A stretch of 64,000 nt of DNA from a virus. Position 1 is the first letter of the stretch; each line of letters opens with the position of its first letter. Shown piece by piece: positions 47,927 through 59,734 of this stretch. The stretch lies in the IMG/VR virus record IMGVR_UViG_3300021599_001018, positions 1-64,000 of that record; one strand, written 5' to 3'. The notes below the pieces were generated by a model. The model did not search any database. It was not told the DNA's origin and saw nothing but the letters and a program-made list of their open reading frames with translations. Made by a program: the position numbers and the translations under genes.

Positions 47927-50900
47927 TTATCCATCACTTTCAATAATTGGTTCTGTACTTGTTCTGCCTGGAAGAACCTTAATACTATTAGGATTACTGA
48001 TAAACGATTCAATAGGAGAAGAACCATCTAATGTAGTTGCTGCTGTGTTTTTTGAACCTTTGTAATATGAATTTTGCAAACCAGTTGTTAAATCTCCAAC
48101 ATATTTATAATGCGTTGGTAAATATCCATCGGGAGCACGCTCAACAGCTATAACACTACCTGAAATTGGTGGCGGTGGAGAGATTATACCACCTAAAAAT
48201 GAACTTGTTAGTGGTTGTATTACTAGTTTTTTATTTATCCAACTACGCTGTGCTTCTACTAGTTGACTTCTAATATCCTCTACTGAAGTTTGATACGATT
48301 CCCCACCATATGTACCCGTAACCCCTACAGCTTCGGCATATTTTAAGTAAGTTTCAACCTCAGCCTCATACACAAGCCATACATTTATTCTTTCTTTTTT
48401 TACAGTTCCATCGGTTGAGAAATAAGTTCTTATTGCACTACCACTTTGTATATAAATACTAAATCCTATATCTTGATATGGGTCAAAATCTAATAGTTTA
48501 TTAGTTTCATAATTAACTATTTGCTTAGTAGTTGTTGGAAAATTTAATCCAGCATCAATAATGGTTTCATATTGATTATTTTGGCCCGTTGCTTCTATTT
48601 CGGAATTTGTATCAATGCTTGAATTAAGTTGATTATTTTCACCTATTGGTGTAATTAAATTTACATCAATAATTGATTCAAATTGATTATTTTCACCAGA
48701 TGGTTCTATATTATCTATATCCAATACCTTTTCAAATTGATTATTTTCGGCAATTAAAGTTGAATCAGATTTTATTTCGGTTTCATTATAATACTCATCG
48801 CCTGTCGGTTTTGAGTGTTTATATTTACTTCTTTCTAAAAAGTGGGGTTCAACTAACAATCCGGTAGTGGCCTTTGTTCTAGCTGGCAACATTTGTTTAA
48901 TATCATCAAACATAGCTTTTTCATATGATTTAATGATATTGATGTATTCGTAAATATCTTTATTCTTTGTACGCTCAAAGTAATAATTTTTGAGTGTATT
49001 TAGTTCACTATAAGAATCTTCATATAAATCCCACGGATTACCAACATAATCATCTAAATTGTTAGAACCCAATGATTTTGCAATATCAAAATTTAATTCT
49101 TTGGTTGGCGATACAAACACACCAACTCTATTGGAATCTATTGGTGCATACTCATATGACTTTAATGTAGACCTAGTATTAACGGATAGGTCTGATACCA
49201 ATGATTGCGAAGAAAATCTAACTTTATTTGTAGAATATCGAGATGCTCCCAGGCTTGGAATTTCTAAAACTGAATTTCTATCTATTAACTCAAATTGATA
49301 TGGATAAGATACTACTGATGTGAATCCAGATAATGATGCTGAAAATGATGCGGACGGATTTGTTGAACGCATTGATGATATTGAAACGATACCATCTTCA
49401 TAATCGTTTCTTCTAAATGATGCCGAATAATAATTAGTCGGAGCAACATTTATTAGTTTATTTGTAGTAGTAACATTTTTAGGATATTCAAAATCAAGTC
49501 GGAAATGTAAATCGGTAGTAGAAGAAGATATATGATTACCATTTATCATTTCTGGATAATAACAATGTTCTTCAAATCTACTACGGCTTAGAGGTGTAGA
49601 CCATACACGGATTTCATCAATACTACCAGAAAATCCATATCCAATGGCCTCATTTGCACTATTTCCAAAAAACATATCATCGCTTAGATTCCAATAACTA
49701 CTTCCGGTTGTATATATTTTTGAACTATATGAAGAAAATATTTCTCTATCTTTTTCGGTTTGTAAAACATTTAATTCCGTTATTTGATTAGAACCCGTAA
49801 GTGTTCTTGAAACTTCTATACCAAAATATCTATCATTGAAAATTGGTAATAAAGATGAGCTAATTACATTTGCGGTATTATCTGTAAGAATAACTTTACC
49901 ATACTTACTATTAACAGATCCGCTTATTTCAAGAAAAAATCTAGTACCATCACTAAAAATACCCCATTGCCCACTATAAGCCGGCTTTACAAATAATTCT
50001 ATTGTATCTGGCTTTCTGTTTTGATTTGTATTTGACCAAGGTATAGCTATATAACCAGTTGTATCAAATTTTAGTGCATAACTAATATCTTCAACTAATA
50101 ATTTACTAATAGTTTCTTCGGTTTGTTCAGGTCCCCCAAATTCTATTATTGAAAGATTTGATGATGGAATACCATAACATGCCATTAAAGCATGAATACC
50201 ACGTCTTGTACCTTTATGTTTTAGTAGATATGGCAGATTATTTACAATTCTTCTCCAAACTTCATTAGTTCTTTCCTTAACAGGAGATGTAACTTTTTGA
50301 TTACCATTACTATCTTCACCATATACATAGTCCCAAATTTGAGCACCTGAACCTAAATTTTTTGCATCCCAATTAAATGATTTTAAGAAATCATATAATA
50401 GTTTATCAGATGCTCCACTTCTGTTTTTATAACCCAACCCTCTATTTCTCTCTATAGCTTTTGTGTAAAAATATAGTATATCAAAGTGATGTCCAATCAT
50501 TGAAAAGAACAATAAGAAATTGGTATTTTCCGTATTAGTAGAAATATATTGCGGTATGTTTGCAATTATGTAATTTGGATTCTGAGAATCATATGCTATT
50601 GTTTCATCTATTATTTTTTCATACCATTTAATTGATTGTTGGTTTGTTGTTTTTAACCTAACAGATGAACTATATGGCCAAGTTATAGATGAACTTGTCT
50701 CTGTTGTATATAAAGATGATGATGTATATAAAAATGTTTCAAACCCATCAAACCCCTGTATTAAAGCAGATTTTTTAGATTGTTGTCTTTCAACTTCTTT
50801 TTGTGAAGCAAAAGATCCAGTCCAAGTGGCATTACCACCACCAGTAAAATCGGTTGATGCACTAACTATTAGGTCTTCATAATGCTCTATTAACTGTAAT

Positions 50901-53317
50901 TTATATACGAAATTTTTTACTCTTTCTTCTGCGGAACTAAAATGTACAAAATTTTCCCATTGATAATCGGCAGTTCCTTCTGATATAGAACCATTTGCAT
51001 ATTCTATATTCAAATCTTCAAGCGTTATATTTGAACCACTTAAAAATTGTTGAACTAATTTTGTAGAACTAGATGAACTTAATATAAGATTATCTAATGA
51101 TTCATAATTTGTAGATTGTCCTTTTACAAAATCAATATCTACATCAAAATTGGGCCCTTTTATAAATGGAGATTCTTTATCATCTTGCTCATTTAATACA
51201 ACCGTTTCTATTAACGGATTTGTTACTAATCTTGTAATCCAAATTGTGTCCCTAGCAGATACTGTAGCTGGTAATGGTGAATATAGTTTAAGAATTACAG
51301 ATTTTACTTCTTTTGTAACTTTTTGATTACCTAATTCATCTTCTGTTTTTTCCGATAAAGTCCAATTATCTTCTTCATACGAAGATATTAAAACTCTTTC
51401 ACCATTATCTAAATTTAATAAATGAGTAAGATATTTACTTTCTTTTTCGGGTTCATCTATTTTTAGATTTTCAGCAAAAGCATCATAAACTGCTTTTGTT
51501 ATTATAGTTTCATCTAATCTAACAGATGGATATTTAATTAAGGTTTTGATTACATATTCATTACCTATTAGTTCTTGTGAACCGCCACGATTGTAGGGCT
51601 TAATTATTAAGGTAACATTATCGCTACCATTCCATTGAGGATAATTTTTAGGTAATTCCTTTAAGTTTATTTTAATCTTATTATCAGTAGGAGCATTTTT
51701 GTATAAAGTTACTCTTGTTTTATCTTTAAGTAATAAATCAATATCAACGGATGTAGCTGCCGTTGCTTTATACATTACCTCATATTCTATATTCGAGTCT
51801 GAAAAAGATGGTATATCAATTTCTCTCGGAGCGGTTGTTTGAACAATGCTTGGAAAATCATCTATTGATTGGAAATTGATTAAAGCATTTAGAGTGTTAC
51901 TAATAGTTTTATCAGCATTATTGTTTGCCGTAAACCTAACATTTCTAACTCCAAATTTAGAATCAAAATCTTTTCTAAATCTTAATGTTATGGATTTATT
52001 TGATGCGTTTAGTGTAAATTTTTTACCATTATCTAAAAATACATCAACTGAATCCGCATCTGTTGTATTAAATGGTATTGTAACGGTTTTATCTTCATCG
52101 GAATCCTTAACCTCAACAGTAAATACATTATTTGATAACGATACTGTTGGTATAATCTTTTGTATTTCTTTATCAAATACAACATACACCGTCAATTCGC
52201 TTGATAGTAAACTAGCCGGCATATCAAATGACGGAGCTACTTTAGTCCATTTTGAAAAATCTACTTCTTCAAATTTATCTACATTTACAGGTCTGTTTGT
52301 ATAATATATTCCGTTAATTGTATAATTTCCTGGTATATTACCATCTACTCTAAATTTGAAAATAGAATTGTTTAGTAAATCACTTGAAAATTCCTCAGTT
52401 GGGTCATTTCCGCCAAAATCAAGATTTGTTTTGCCTTGCTTTATTAAAAAACCATCTTTATCAACTAGATCATACGATAGTGCGACTTTATTTCCTAAAT
52501 CCGAAGCATAATTACTATCAAAATTTATTTTACAAGCCGTTTTTTTAGTTGGAGGTAAATCTACCCTTACATCATCTTTTGGTTTGAATGAAAAATCTAA
52601 GTTTAGAACAACAGTCTGATAACCCGTCCACAGCCCCAATCCAGTACGTCTTCTTAAATCATAACTTTTTTCGCCTTTTAATTTATATACATTATTTACA
52701 TCAAGCTCATATTCTTTAACTAAAACAACCTCAGAAAATCTTGTTTGTAATGCATTATCATTATTTCCTCCAAACTTTAATTGAAAATTATTCGTATTTT
52801 TAATAGATTCATTTCTTTGATTTCTTATATCTTCTGGTCTAGATATATTTCCACCCCTATCATCTTCATCAGCAACTTCTCTAATGTTTTTTACAGTTCT
52901 ATGTTTTTTTTGAATACTTACTTCGTAGTAGTTTTTAGCCGTTTTACCGTTAGTTGTTACTTTATAAATCTTTGTTTGGCCAAAACTTTGCCTACCATAA
53001 CTCTTTACAGCAGTTTGTCCATATGATAAAATTGTATCATCTTCTAAAAAAGAAACGGGTTCCGAAGTGGAAAGAGATATTTTGATAATTCCATTTCCAA
53101 AAAAACTTGGTGGAACATATGTTGGATTTGGTGGAACGGGTGCTACATATCCGCCGCCTCCCGATCCTCCTGAAAATTTACCATCATCTACCGAAAGATA
53201 AGTAGTAGACCCTTGTGGGCCTGGAAAGGGATTATATGTACCCTGACCTCCCCAACTACTAAAGTTTTCGGCCTGATTGTCTTGCCGTGCGCTATCGCTA
53301 TTTATCCCTCTACTCAT
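47927..53317 (-). CDS. Large baseplate wedge-like protein with LamG-like domain
   Basis: NLPYLLKHKGTRRGI (tail protein I/gp7-like), FSGSIDEIRVW (LamG). Confidence 0.7.
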   Translation of the reverse strand: MSRGINSDSARQDNQAENFSSWGGQGTYNPFPGPQGSTTYLSVDDGKFSGGSGGGGYVAPVPPNPTYVPPSFFGNGIIKISLSTSEPVSFLEDDTILSYGQTAVKSYGRQSFGQTKIYKVTTNGKTAKNYYEVSIQKKHRTVKNIREVADEDDRGGNISRPEDIRNQRNESIKNTNNFQLKFGGNNDNALQTRFSEVVLVKEYELDVNNVYKLKGEKSYDLRRRTGLGLWTGYQTVVLNLDFSFKPKDDVRVDLPPTKKTACKINFDSNYASDLGNKVALSYDLVDKDGFLIKQGKTNLDFGGNDPTEEFSSDLLNNSIFKFRVDGNIPGNYTINGIYYTNRPVNVDKFEEVDFSKWTKVAPSFDMPASLLSSELTVYVVFDKEIQKIIPTVSLSNNVFTVEVKDSDEDKTVTIPFNTTDADSVDVFLDNGKKFTLNASNKSITLRFRKDFDSKFGVRNVRFTANNNADKTISNTLNALINFQSIDDFPSIVQTTAPREIDIPSFSDSNIEYEVMYKATAATSVDIDLLLKDKTRVTLYKNAPTDNKIKINLKELPKNYPQWNGSDNVTLIIKPYNRGGSQELIGNEYVIKTLIKYPSVRLDETIITKAVYDAFAENLKIDEPEKESKYLTHLLNLDNGERVLISSYEEDNWTLSEKTEDELGNQKVTKEVKSVILKLYSPLPATVSARDTIWITRLVTNPLIETVVLNEQDDKESPFIKGPNFDVDIDFVKGQSTNYESLDNLILSSSSSTKLVQQFLSGSNITLEDLNIEYANGSISEGTADYQWENFVHFSSAEERVKNFVYKLQLIEHYEDLIVSASTDFTGGGNATWTGSFASQKEVERQQSKKSALIQGFDGFETFLYTSSSLYTTETSSSITWPYSSSVRLKTTNQQSIKWYEKIIDETIAYDSQNPNYIIANIPQYISTNTENTNFLLFFSMIGHHFDILYFYTKAIERNRGLGYKNRSGASDKLLYDFLKSFNWDAKNLGSGAQIWDYVYGEDSNGNQKVTSPVKERTNEVWRRIVNNLPYLLKHKGTRRGIHALMACYGIPSSNLSIIEFGGPEQTEETISKLLVEDISYALKFDTTGYIAIPWSNTNQNRKPDTIELFVKPAYSGQWGIFSDGTRFFLEISGSVNSKYGKVILTDNTANVISSSLLPIFNDRYFGIEVSRTLTGSNQITELNVLQTEKDREIFSSYSSKIYTTGSSYWNLSDDMFFGNSANEAIGYGFSGSIDEIRVWSTPLSRSRFEEHCYYPEMINGNHISSSTTDLHFRLDFEYPKNVTTTNKLINVAPTNYYSASFRRNDYEDGIVSISSMRSTNPSASFSASLSGFTSVVSYPYQFELIDRNSVLEIPSLGASRYSTNKVRFSSQSLVSDLSVNTRSTLKSYEYAPIDSNRVGVFVSPTKELNFDIAKSLGSNNLDDYVGNPWDLYEDSYSELNTLKNYYFERTKNKDIYEYINIIKSYEKAMFDDIKQMLPARTKATTGLLVEPHFLERSKYKHSKPTGDEYYNETEIKSDSTLIAENNQFEKVLDIDNIEPSGENNQFESIIDVNLITPIGENNQLNSSIDTNSEIEATGQNNQYETIIDAGLNFPTTTKQIVNYETNKLLDFDPYQDIGFSIYIQSGSAIRTYFSTDGTVKKERINVWLVYEAEVETYLKYAEAVGVTGTYGGESYQTSVEDIRSQLVEAQRSWINKKLVIQPLTSSFLGGIISPPPPISGSVIAVERAPDGYLPTHYKYVGDLTTGLQNSYYKGSKNTAATTLDGSSPIESFISNPNSIKVLPGRTSTEPIIESDG

Positions 53318-53360
53318 TAAATTCTTTTATATAAATATATTACCAAATAAATTAGTTTTA

Positions 53361-55076
53361 TTATCTACTATAACCACCTATACCAACTGTACCCGTATTA
53401 TTTATACTATATCCTCCGATAAAAGTTGTACCGCCAACACTGTTGCTACCGGCTCCACCACCCCTATCTTGAGCGGTTATAGTTTGATTGATTGTTTGAG
53501 TTGGTTGTGGGTTTATAGTTGTTGTCGGTCTAGTTGTTGAATATCCGGAAACTGGAGTACTCGCATACCCCCCTACATATCCAGATGTTGGTGTTGGCGC
53601 CGTAGATCCTACTTGTAGTTTACTACATGGTTGTTCTTTTTTAATAATAAAATTCATCATATCATCTCCTTCAAAAAGTCTATCTATAGCCGTTCTTGAA
53701 AGTGGATTGGTATTGTTACCAGATGGTCTTGGTAAAGATGTGAATGGAAATCTATTTTTTATCGTATTTGGTTTTCTTTTTTCTCTATATGTTGCGGCCG
53801 ACACCGTATTTTCTTTTGCACATATTTTAGTACTTGAACCGGGTGCTAGTATTTTTTCAACAGATGCACCAGTTGCATCAAAGAATGTAAATACAGCAGA
53901 ACTTCTACTATCTTTGTTTTGAATATGATAAGTAAATGTATTTGTTGTAATAACCGGAACCTCATCTATTATTATAGGCGGTTGAATATCTTTTGGTTTT
54001 TCGGGAAATACACGTACAATTTGTTTATCTGAATTTATAGGCTTTTCTATTTTGAATTTGGTTGTATCGTAAACAACTGTAATTTCATCTTTTGGTGGTG
54101 CAACCTTTGATATATTTTCTAAATCAGGTGTTAAATCTATTGCTTTGAATTCCTGTGGTATGTTTCTAACATCCAAATCACGTCTCTTTAAGAATTGTAA
54201 ATTATATCTTACACAATTATTTAATATATTTTGTATCTCTGCTGTAATTGGTCCAAATTCATATTGTTCACAATCTATAAATCTTATTTTTGTAGAAAGT
54301 CCAAAATTTGATTGAGAAATATCATATGCACGATTTGATAAGTAATTTACAACGGAATCTCTAAAATTATTATATATGGATTTTTTAATTTCACTAAACC
54401 CCATAAGTCCAAAATCTTTTCTAGCTAAATCAAAAAACTCTTGTCCGTATTTTGTTTTAATAATATCATCTATTTTTTCTAAAAAGGTATTTTCAAATTT
54501 ATTTATCGAATCTAATATGGATTTTTTATAATACTTAAAATCTTTATTTAGATTTTTTAAGCTTTCCAATTCTTTGGCATTTATATCATCAAAATACTTA
54601 TTATTCGTTTTTAATGGAACTATTCTAACTTCTTGTCTTGATGGTGAAATTTCTTGAATCCAAACTCTCCTTACCTTATCTTCCGTACCGACTTTTGTTC
54701 TTACAAAATTTATATTTAATCGTAATATACCATTTTCAAATCCTATATCATTTAACAATCTTTCCGCATCAATTGCTATTTCTACTTGAGCTTTCCCATT
54801 TGCTAATGCCTTATTGGGTCTTGAAATTTTGTACAAATAGTTTTTAATATCACCCGACCTAATGTATGTAGTTGTTTGTCCGTTTAATTGTGGTAGCAGA
54901 TTATTATTTATATCATACACAGATACTTCCATAACATCAGTCCCACACTCACCGAAATCAACATCTTCAAATTGATTTTTTGAAATGACGGTAAAATCCT
55001 TTTCAGTAATATATTTACCTTCGTTTTCTTTTCTTTTATCTATATTTTCAAAATTAGTATATCTTCTAATACTCAT
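53361..55076 (-). CDS. Structural-region protein
   Basis: 571 aa; IQEISPSRQEVRI; low-complexity tail. Confidence 0.6.
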   Translation of the reverse strand: MSIRRYTNFENIDKRKENEGKYITEKDFTVISKNQFEDVDFGECGTDVMEVSVYDINNNLLPQLNGQTTTYIRSGDIKNYLYKISRPNKALANGKAQVEIAIDAERLLNDIGFENGILRLNINFVRTKVGTEDKVRRVWIQEISPSRQEVRIVPLKTNNKYFDDINAKELESLKNLNKDFKYYKKSILDSINKFENTFLEKIDDIIKTKYGQEFFDLARKDFGLMGFSEIKKSIYNNFRDSVVNYLSNRAYDISQSNFGLSTKIRFIDCEQYEFGPITAEIQNILNNCVRYNLQFLKRRDLDVRNIPQEFKAIDLTPDLENISKVAPPKDEITVVYDTTKFKIEKPINSDKQIVRVFPEKPKDIQPPIIIDEVPVITTNTFTYHIQNKDSRSSAVFTFFDATGASVEKILAPGSSTKICAKENTVSAATYREKRKPNTIKNRFPFTSLPRPSGNNTNPLSRTAIDRLFEGDDMMNFIIKKEQPCSKLQVGSTAPTPTSGYVGGYASTPVSGYSTTRPTTTINPQPTQTINQTITAQDRGGGAGSNSVGGTTFIGGYSINNTGTVGIGGYSR

Positions 55077-55086
55077 AAATTAACTT

Positions 55087-56184
55087 TTAATAAGATTTTG
55101 GATGCATTATGTTAATTGTTGTACTATAATCTTTGCTTTTTGATGACCCATCTTCTCTATTAACTGTTATTTTTAAGCTACCTCCAACTCCTCTACTTTT
55201 ATCTCTTTTACCATAGCTACAACCACCAACATTTATCCAAAATTCAATTCTTTTTTGTTCTTGTGGTTTCAATACAATGGCTTCTTTGGGTCCTTGTAGC
55301 CAATTTTGTCCGCCCGGATTGTTGTAAGTAAAAAGTACAGTTACAGGCTTAATATCGTTATTAGTTAAATCGGCAGCGTTTCCTCTTTCCCATTTTGCAT
55401 TACCATTTTTATTATTTATTCTACCAACTATACCATCTTTAATACCAGTTACTATAACAGCATCGTTAATAGCATCTCCTTTTGCAGCTGCGGCAACATT
55501 TGCTGTAGATTGTTGTATGGTTTGCTGTTGTTGTACTGCCCCTAATTGAGATTGTAAACCCTCAATCATAGCATTAAGAGAATCTATTTGTTTTATTAAG
55601 GCTTCTATTTGCGCACGAAATCCTGTGTTTTGAGCTTGTAAAGAGCCTCTTAATATAGATTCCTCAACGGATTTTTGTACAGAATTTTGTATTTGATTTG
55701 TAAAATCAGTTACAGTACCACTCAATGTTTGAGTTTGATTTGTTAAAGCATCGTTTGATTGTTCTACAGTTAATCTGTTATTTACTTCTGTTTCAATTTG
55801 CGCTCTCAAATTTGAAACTTGTCCATTCAAATCATTAACTTGTCCATTTAATTTTTCTACTTCTTTTTTTAAGTCTTCATTTGCTTTAACCTGGTCATCA
55901 TATAATGGTTTGGGAACTAAATCTCTGACTGTTGGCGGTATATCGGGCTTTAATTCGCTTATTTTAACATCAAGTGCTTTAGCTATTTCGTTGTTATCAA
56001 GCTTAGCTCTATTTAATGGTTTGAACACAAGACTTGATGCTACATTATCATCTGAAACCGTTGTTATACCATTTTCAGTCTTTGCCATAGCATTAGAACC
56101 AGACACGCTCAATATCTCTTCTAGCTTTTGCTTTTTAGCTTCGGCAAGTTTTTCCGCAATACTTTCTAAACTAGATACAGCCAT
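55087..56184 (-). CDS. Coiled-coil structural protein
   Basis: Long heptad region plus C-terminal Ig-like domain. Confidence 0.6.
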   Translation of the reverse strand: MAVSSLESIAEKLAEAKKQKLEEILSVSGSNAMAKTENGITTVSDDNVASSLVFKPLNRAKLDNNEIAKALDVKISELKPDIPPTVRDLVPKPLYDDQVKANEDLKKEVEKLNGQVNDLNGQVSNLRAQIETEVNNRLTVEQSNDALTNQTQTLSGTVTDFTNQIQNSVQKSVEESILRGSLQAQNTGFRAQIEALIKQIDSLNAMIEGLQSQLGAVQQQQTIQQSTANVAAAAKGDAINDAVIVTGIKDGIVGRINNKNGNAKWERGNAADLTNNDIKPVTVLFTYNNPGGQNWLQGPKEAIVLKPQEQKRIEFWINVGGCSYGKRDKSRGVGGSLKITVNREDGSSKSKDYSTTINIMHPKSY

Positions 56185-56185
56185 T

Positions 56186-57268
56186 TTATACTATTTCAAA
56201 AATTAGTTTATCATCTATAATAGTAGATATACCATTTTCTACAATTTTCAATTTTATTCTATAAGTTCTGTATACAGGTAGTGTACTCAAATCTAAATCA
56301 AAATAGTTACTTGTAGAATCACAACTTACTTTTGTATATTCACCGAAAGGACAAATAATATCTTCTGTAACATAATCTTCTAATTGATAATATGTAGTTT
56401 GGGGCAAATACTTTGATTGGTCATACGCAAAAGTATTTCCAAAGCTTTTAGATGGGTATTTATCTCTACCTTTAACTCTTATACGAATTTTGGAATCGTT
56501 TTCATATTTTGATTTTAAGTTTGTAACAATCACTTTATAATCGTCTAATGCAGTACCTTCAACGGGTAATAAACTGCCAGTATTGAATGTGGTATCATCC
56601 CAAACAAATTCCAATTTTGGTTCGTATATCGTTCCCGTTTCTTTTGAGAAAAATCTTAATATACCATAATCAATAGTATCTGCTTCGTTTTCCAATCCAT
56701 GTCTTAATATAAGTCCATTATTTTCAATCGTACCACTTACCCATAGTTTTACGAGTTCGGTTATATCCATATGAATATCATCGGGTTCATATGAATACGA
56801 TTGTTGGCATTGCGATGCTGTGTACCAAACTCCACCCTCTGCATTTTCTGAACCGGTTACACCGGCTGCATATATTGCTGTACCACCTGTTGCATTTTCT
56901 TGCCATTTATTTATTCCATCACGGTATCTCCAACTTACACCCTCTATTGTGTTATCATCGAATCTTACGCCTAACCCCATATCCCAACTCTGTGATAATG
57001 CGTTGGCATATATTGTATATTCAGCTGGAATTTCTAATGCATTGGCCGATTTTAAGTTAAGATACGATTTCCAACCTATACCAATTTCTCCATTACTTAT
57101 TGAAGCCGATATAGTGTTAATATCAACCTTTATTAAAGTACGGTTAATATCTTTCAACCCATCATAATAAGTTTTAGATATATCTAAAATAGGATCCCGT
57201 CCAGCATTTTGAGTAGGCTGTTGTAGATAAACCGATGAGTCATATGTGATTGTATAAAATTTATGCAT
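56186..57268 (-). CDS. Baseplate-region protein (DNRLRE-like fold possible)
   Basis: SWDMG...NNGLIL...FFSKET...PKLEF pattern. Confidence 0.6.
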   Translation of the reverse strand: MHKFYTITYDSSVYLQQPTQNAGRDPILDISKTYYDGLKDINRTLIKVDINTISASISNGEIGIGWKSYLNLKSANALEIPAEYTIYANALSQSWDMGLGVRFDDNTIEGVSWRYRDGINKWQENATGGTAIYAAGVTGSENAEGGVWYTASQCQQSYSYEPDDIHMDITELVKLWVSGTIENNGLILRHGLENEADTIDYGILRFFSKETGTIYEPKLEFVWDDTTFNTGSLLPVEGTALDDYKVIVTNLKSKYENDSKIRIRVKGRDKYPSKSFGNTFAYDQSKYLPQTTYYQLEDYVTEDIICPFGEYTKVSCDSTSNYFDLDLSTLPVYRTYRIKLKIVENGISTIIDDKLIFEIV

Positions 57269-59289
57269 TATAGTGCCCTCCCTTTTATGTCTTTGTTAGG
57301 ATATTTTATTTCAAATACGGCTGGATCTAAAGATGGATAAATAACCTTACCAACTGTGGCTTGAGGTATATTATATCTATTATTAGAATAGCCAAAATCT
57401 TCACCAAATAAATTATGAATTTCAACTTTTGGTACACTCATAACACCTTCTACATTTGCTAAAATCAATTCTATTTCAGAAAGATTGATTGATTTATTAA
57501 ATGTCCATTTATCTATATTAAAATAATTACCAACTTCTGTTAAACATTTTGTTAGAACTTCGGTTTTATTGTAGTTTGAATATACTATTATTTCAAAGTC
57601 TACACCAATGTTTATAATATATCCATCTATAAAATTAACAACATCGGTTAGCATTCTATATTCAGAAAGATAGGTTTTAAGATTTTGCTTTACTGCCGCA
57701 TTTGCTGTTGTCAACTTACCATTTAAGTCATATCCTAAAAGGTACATATTGATAGCAAACGGATTATTATTTTGAACCACATTGGTTTTTCTTTTAGATA
57801 TAAATTGTAGAATTTCTTTTTGTGTCTGGCCACGATCCATATCCTTTACTCTATCTATAAGATTTGTAAATTCTGCCAAATCTTTTGGATTTGCTAATAT
57901 AGAATCAACAGAACCATTATCAATCTCTGCATCAGGAGACACATAAACTTTTGCTACACTTCCATATCTTTCGGGCATACTTAATGCACGAACAACATAA
58001 TCTTGTCTCGTTACCGCACGATTTTGAGAACCATAGGCAGCCAATGCATTTTGTCTTATTTCCTCAACCGTATCACCACCACGTCCGCCAGCCGCAGGTT
58101 CAAAATTTTCAACAGCTATTGATTCTTTGACTAATTGATATAAAGCTTGATTACTAATTGCTAGTAAATCCTCTTCGTACTCTACACGCCTTAGTGTTGT
58201 TAAATCGCCTACATTAACATTAGATTCTACGCCACCTCCAACTAGGTATTTTATAGTTAAAGTTTTACCCGCGGGTGATACTCCAAATGTACTAGTTCTT
58301 AAAAAATTAGAAGGGTCTATTGGTGTTCCAAGTCTACTTATTGAATTTGTAGTACCTATACCTATATTTTTTGAATTTGGAAGTATTATTTCATCAAAAT
58401 AATTAGTGTTACCCGCACCAAATTGAATATCAATAGTATTATCCGAATTGACTCTAGTACTAAATCTTTTTGGAACTTTTTGAACTTCTAAAATATATGG
58501 AACGGTATTGTTGTACTGACTTAGTAATCCATTCGGTACAGTATTTGGTATTTCTGCGAAAATACTTTCTTGACCTAAATAAGGAACTTCATACCACCTA
58601 TCGTTAGTTCCTTGTTCGGTTATTGAAACTATTTGTATTATATTATTATCAAATAAAGATATTGTTGGATATTCCGTATCGGATAGGGGAACGCTAACCG
58701 TAGTATCAAGCAACCTCGCTGATATAGCCTTTGTTTTTTTAGTAATTAAATAAAATTCCGGTTCTCCTGTTATATCATTTCTGCTATATACTGTTATATC
58801 CCTATCTGTAGGCGATTCAAAATCAATAGCATCTATTGTTCTAAAAATGATAGAAGAATTTGTTGTTGCTTCTACTTCCATACCCTCTTTAATCTTCAAA
58901 TAATATGTAGAATCCGGTTGATTATTTACACCGACTCCAGTTGCTGGTACTAATTGATATACAGTTAAGGTTGTAACCGCAGGTGTAGTTATTTTTGGTT
59001 TATAACCCATAGTTTGAGCCAAAGCAACTATATTCTTACGCTCAGTTGCATGCTGCAGCATTGATTCCTTTAATTGTGCGTCTTGATAAAATGAAAGTAC
59101 ATCTCCAATGTAAGATGCCATTTCAATAAAAACCATACCAGGAGATGCTTCATTAAAATCGGAATACGAATCTGGAAAATAAACTTTAGTAAAATCAATG
59201 AGATTTTGTCTAAACGCACCAAAGTCCTTATTTACATAGTTTACAGACCTATTATTACCAAAATCTTTTTTTGAACTTTTTATAGCCAT
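57268..59289 (-). CDS. Baseplate wedge subunit (T4 gp6/J-like)
   Basis: DFNEASPG, IQFG, GGGVESN, QNRAVTRQDY. Confidence 0.88.
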   Translation of the reverse strand: MAIKSSKKDFGNNRSVNYVNKDFGAFRQNLIDFTKVYFPDSYSDFNEASPGMVFIEMASYIGDVLSFYQDAQLKESMLQHATERKNIVALAQTMGYKPKITTPAVTTLTVYQLVPATGVGVNNQPDSTYYLKIKEGMEVEATTNSSIIFRTIDAIDFESPTDRDITVYSRNDITGEPEFYLITKKTKAISARLLDTTVSVPLSDTEYPTISLFDNNIIQIVSITEQGTNDRWYEVPYLGQESIFAEIPNTVPNGLLSQYNNTVPYILEVQKVPKRFSTRVNSDNTIDIQFGAGNTNYFDEIILPNSKNIGIGTTNSISRLGTPIDPSNFLRTSTFGVSPAGKTLTIKYLVGGGVESNVNVGDLTTLRRVEYEEDLLAISNQALYQLVKESIAVENFEPAAGGRGGDTVEEIRQNALAAYGSQNRAVTRQDYVVRALSMPERYGSVAKVYVSPDAEIDNGSVDSILANPKDLAEFTNLIDRVKDMDRGQTQKEILQFISKRKTNVVQNNNPFAINMYLLGYDLNGKLTTANAAVKQNLKTYLSEYRMLTDVVNFIDGYIINIGVDFEIIVYSNYNKTEVLTKCLTEVGNYFNIDKWTFNKSINLSEIELILANVEGVMSVPKVEIHNLFGEDFGYSNNRYNIPQATVGKVIYPSLDPAVFEIKYPNKDIKGRAL

Positions 59290-59290
59290 T

Positions 59291-59728
59291 TTATTGAGTT
59301 ATATTTACTGTTACGGTATCTGTTATATTTGGATTTGAGACTAGACTGAATAGAATTTCCACATTAACATTGTGATTATCAATATCGTTATCTGTAAAGT
59401 CTACAATTATTTCATCTATTGCTATATATGGAAGCCACTCAGCAACTGCATCGACTATTGTTGACTCTATTTTTGTATCAATATCACCATCTATCATTGG
59501 TTCAAATAGGACTTTCCAAACATCACAACCAAAATCAGGCTGGCCCACTCTTTCACCTTTTTTTGTTAAAACCAAATTAACAAGATTATTACGTGCCTGT
59601 TGTATGGTTGTAAAATTGACAGCAAACGGACCACCTCTATTTGAGGATGTATTTATACCTATACCAAGAACTCTATAATCATTCTGCTTTAGGTCGGTTA
59701 CATTTACTTTACCAATATCACGAGCCAT
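59291..59728 (-). CDS. Baseplate wedge protein, gp25-like
   Basis: NLVLTKKGERVGQPDFGC...WLPYI. Confidence 0.9.
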   Translation of the reverse strand: MARDIGKVNVTDLKQNDYRVLGIGINTSSNRGGPFAVNFTTIQQARNNLVNLVLTKKGERVGQPDFGCDVWKVLFEPMIDGDIDTKIESTIVDAVAEWLPYIAIDEIIVDFTDNDIDNHNVNVEILFSLVSNPNITDTVTVNITQ

Positions 59729-59734
59729 AGTTTA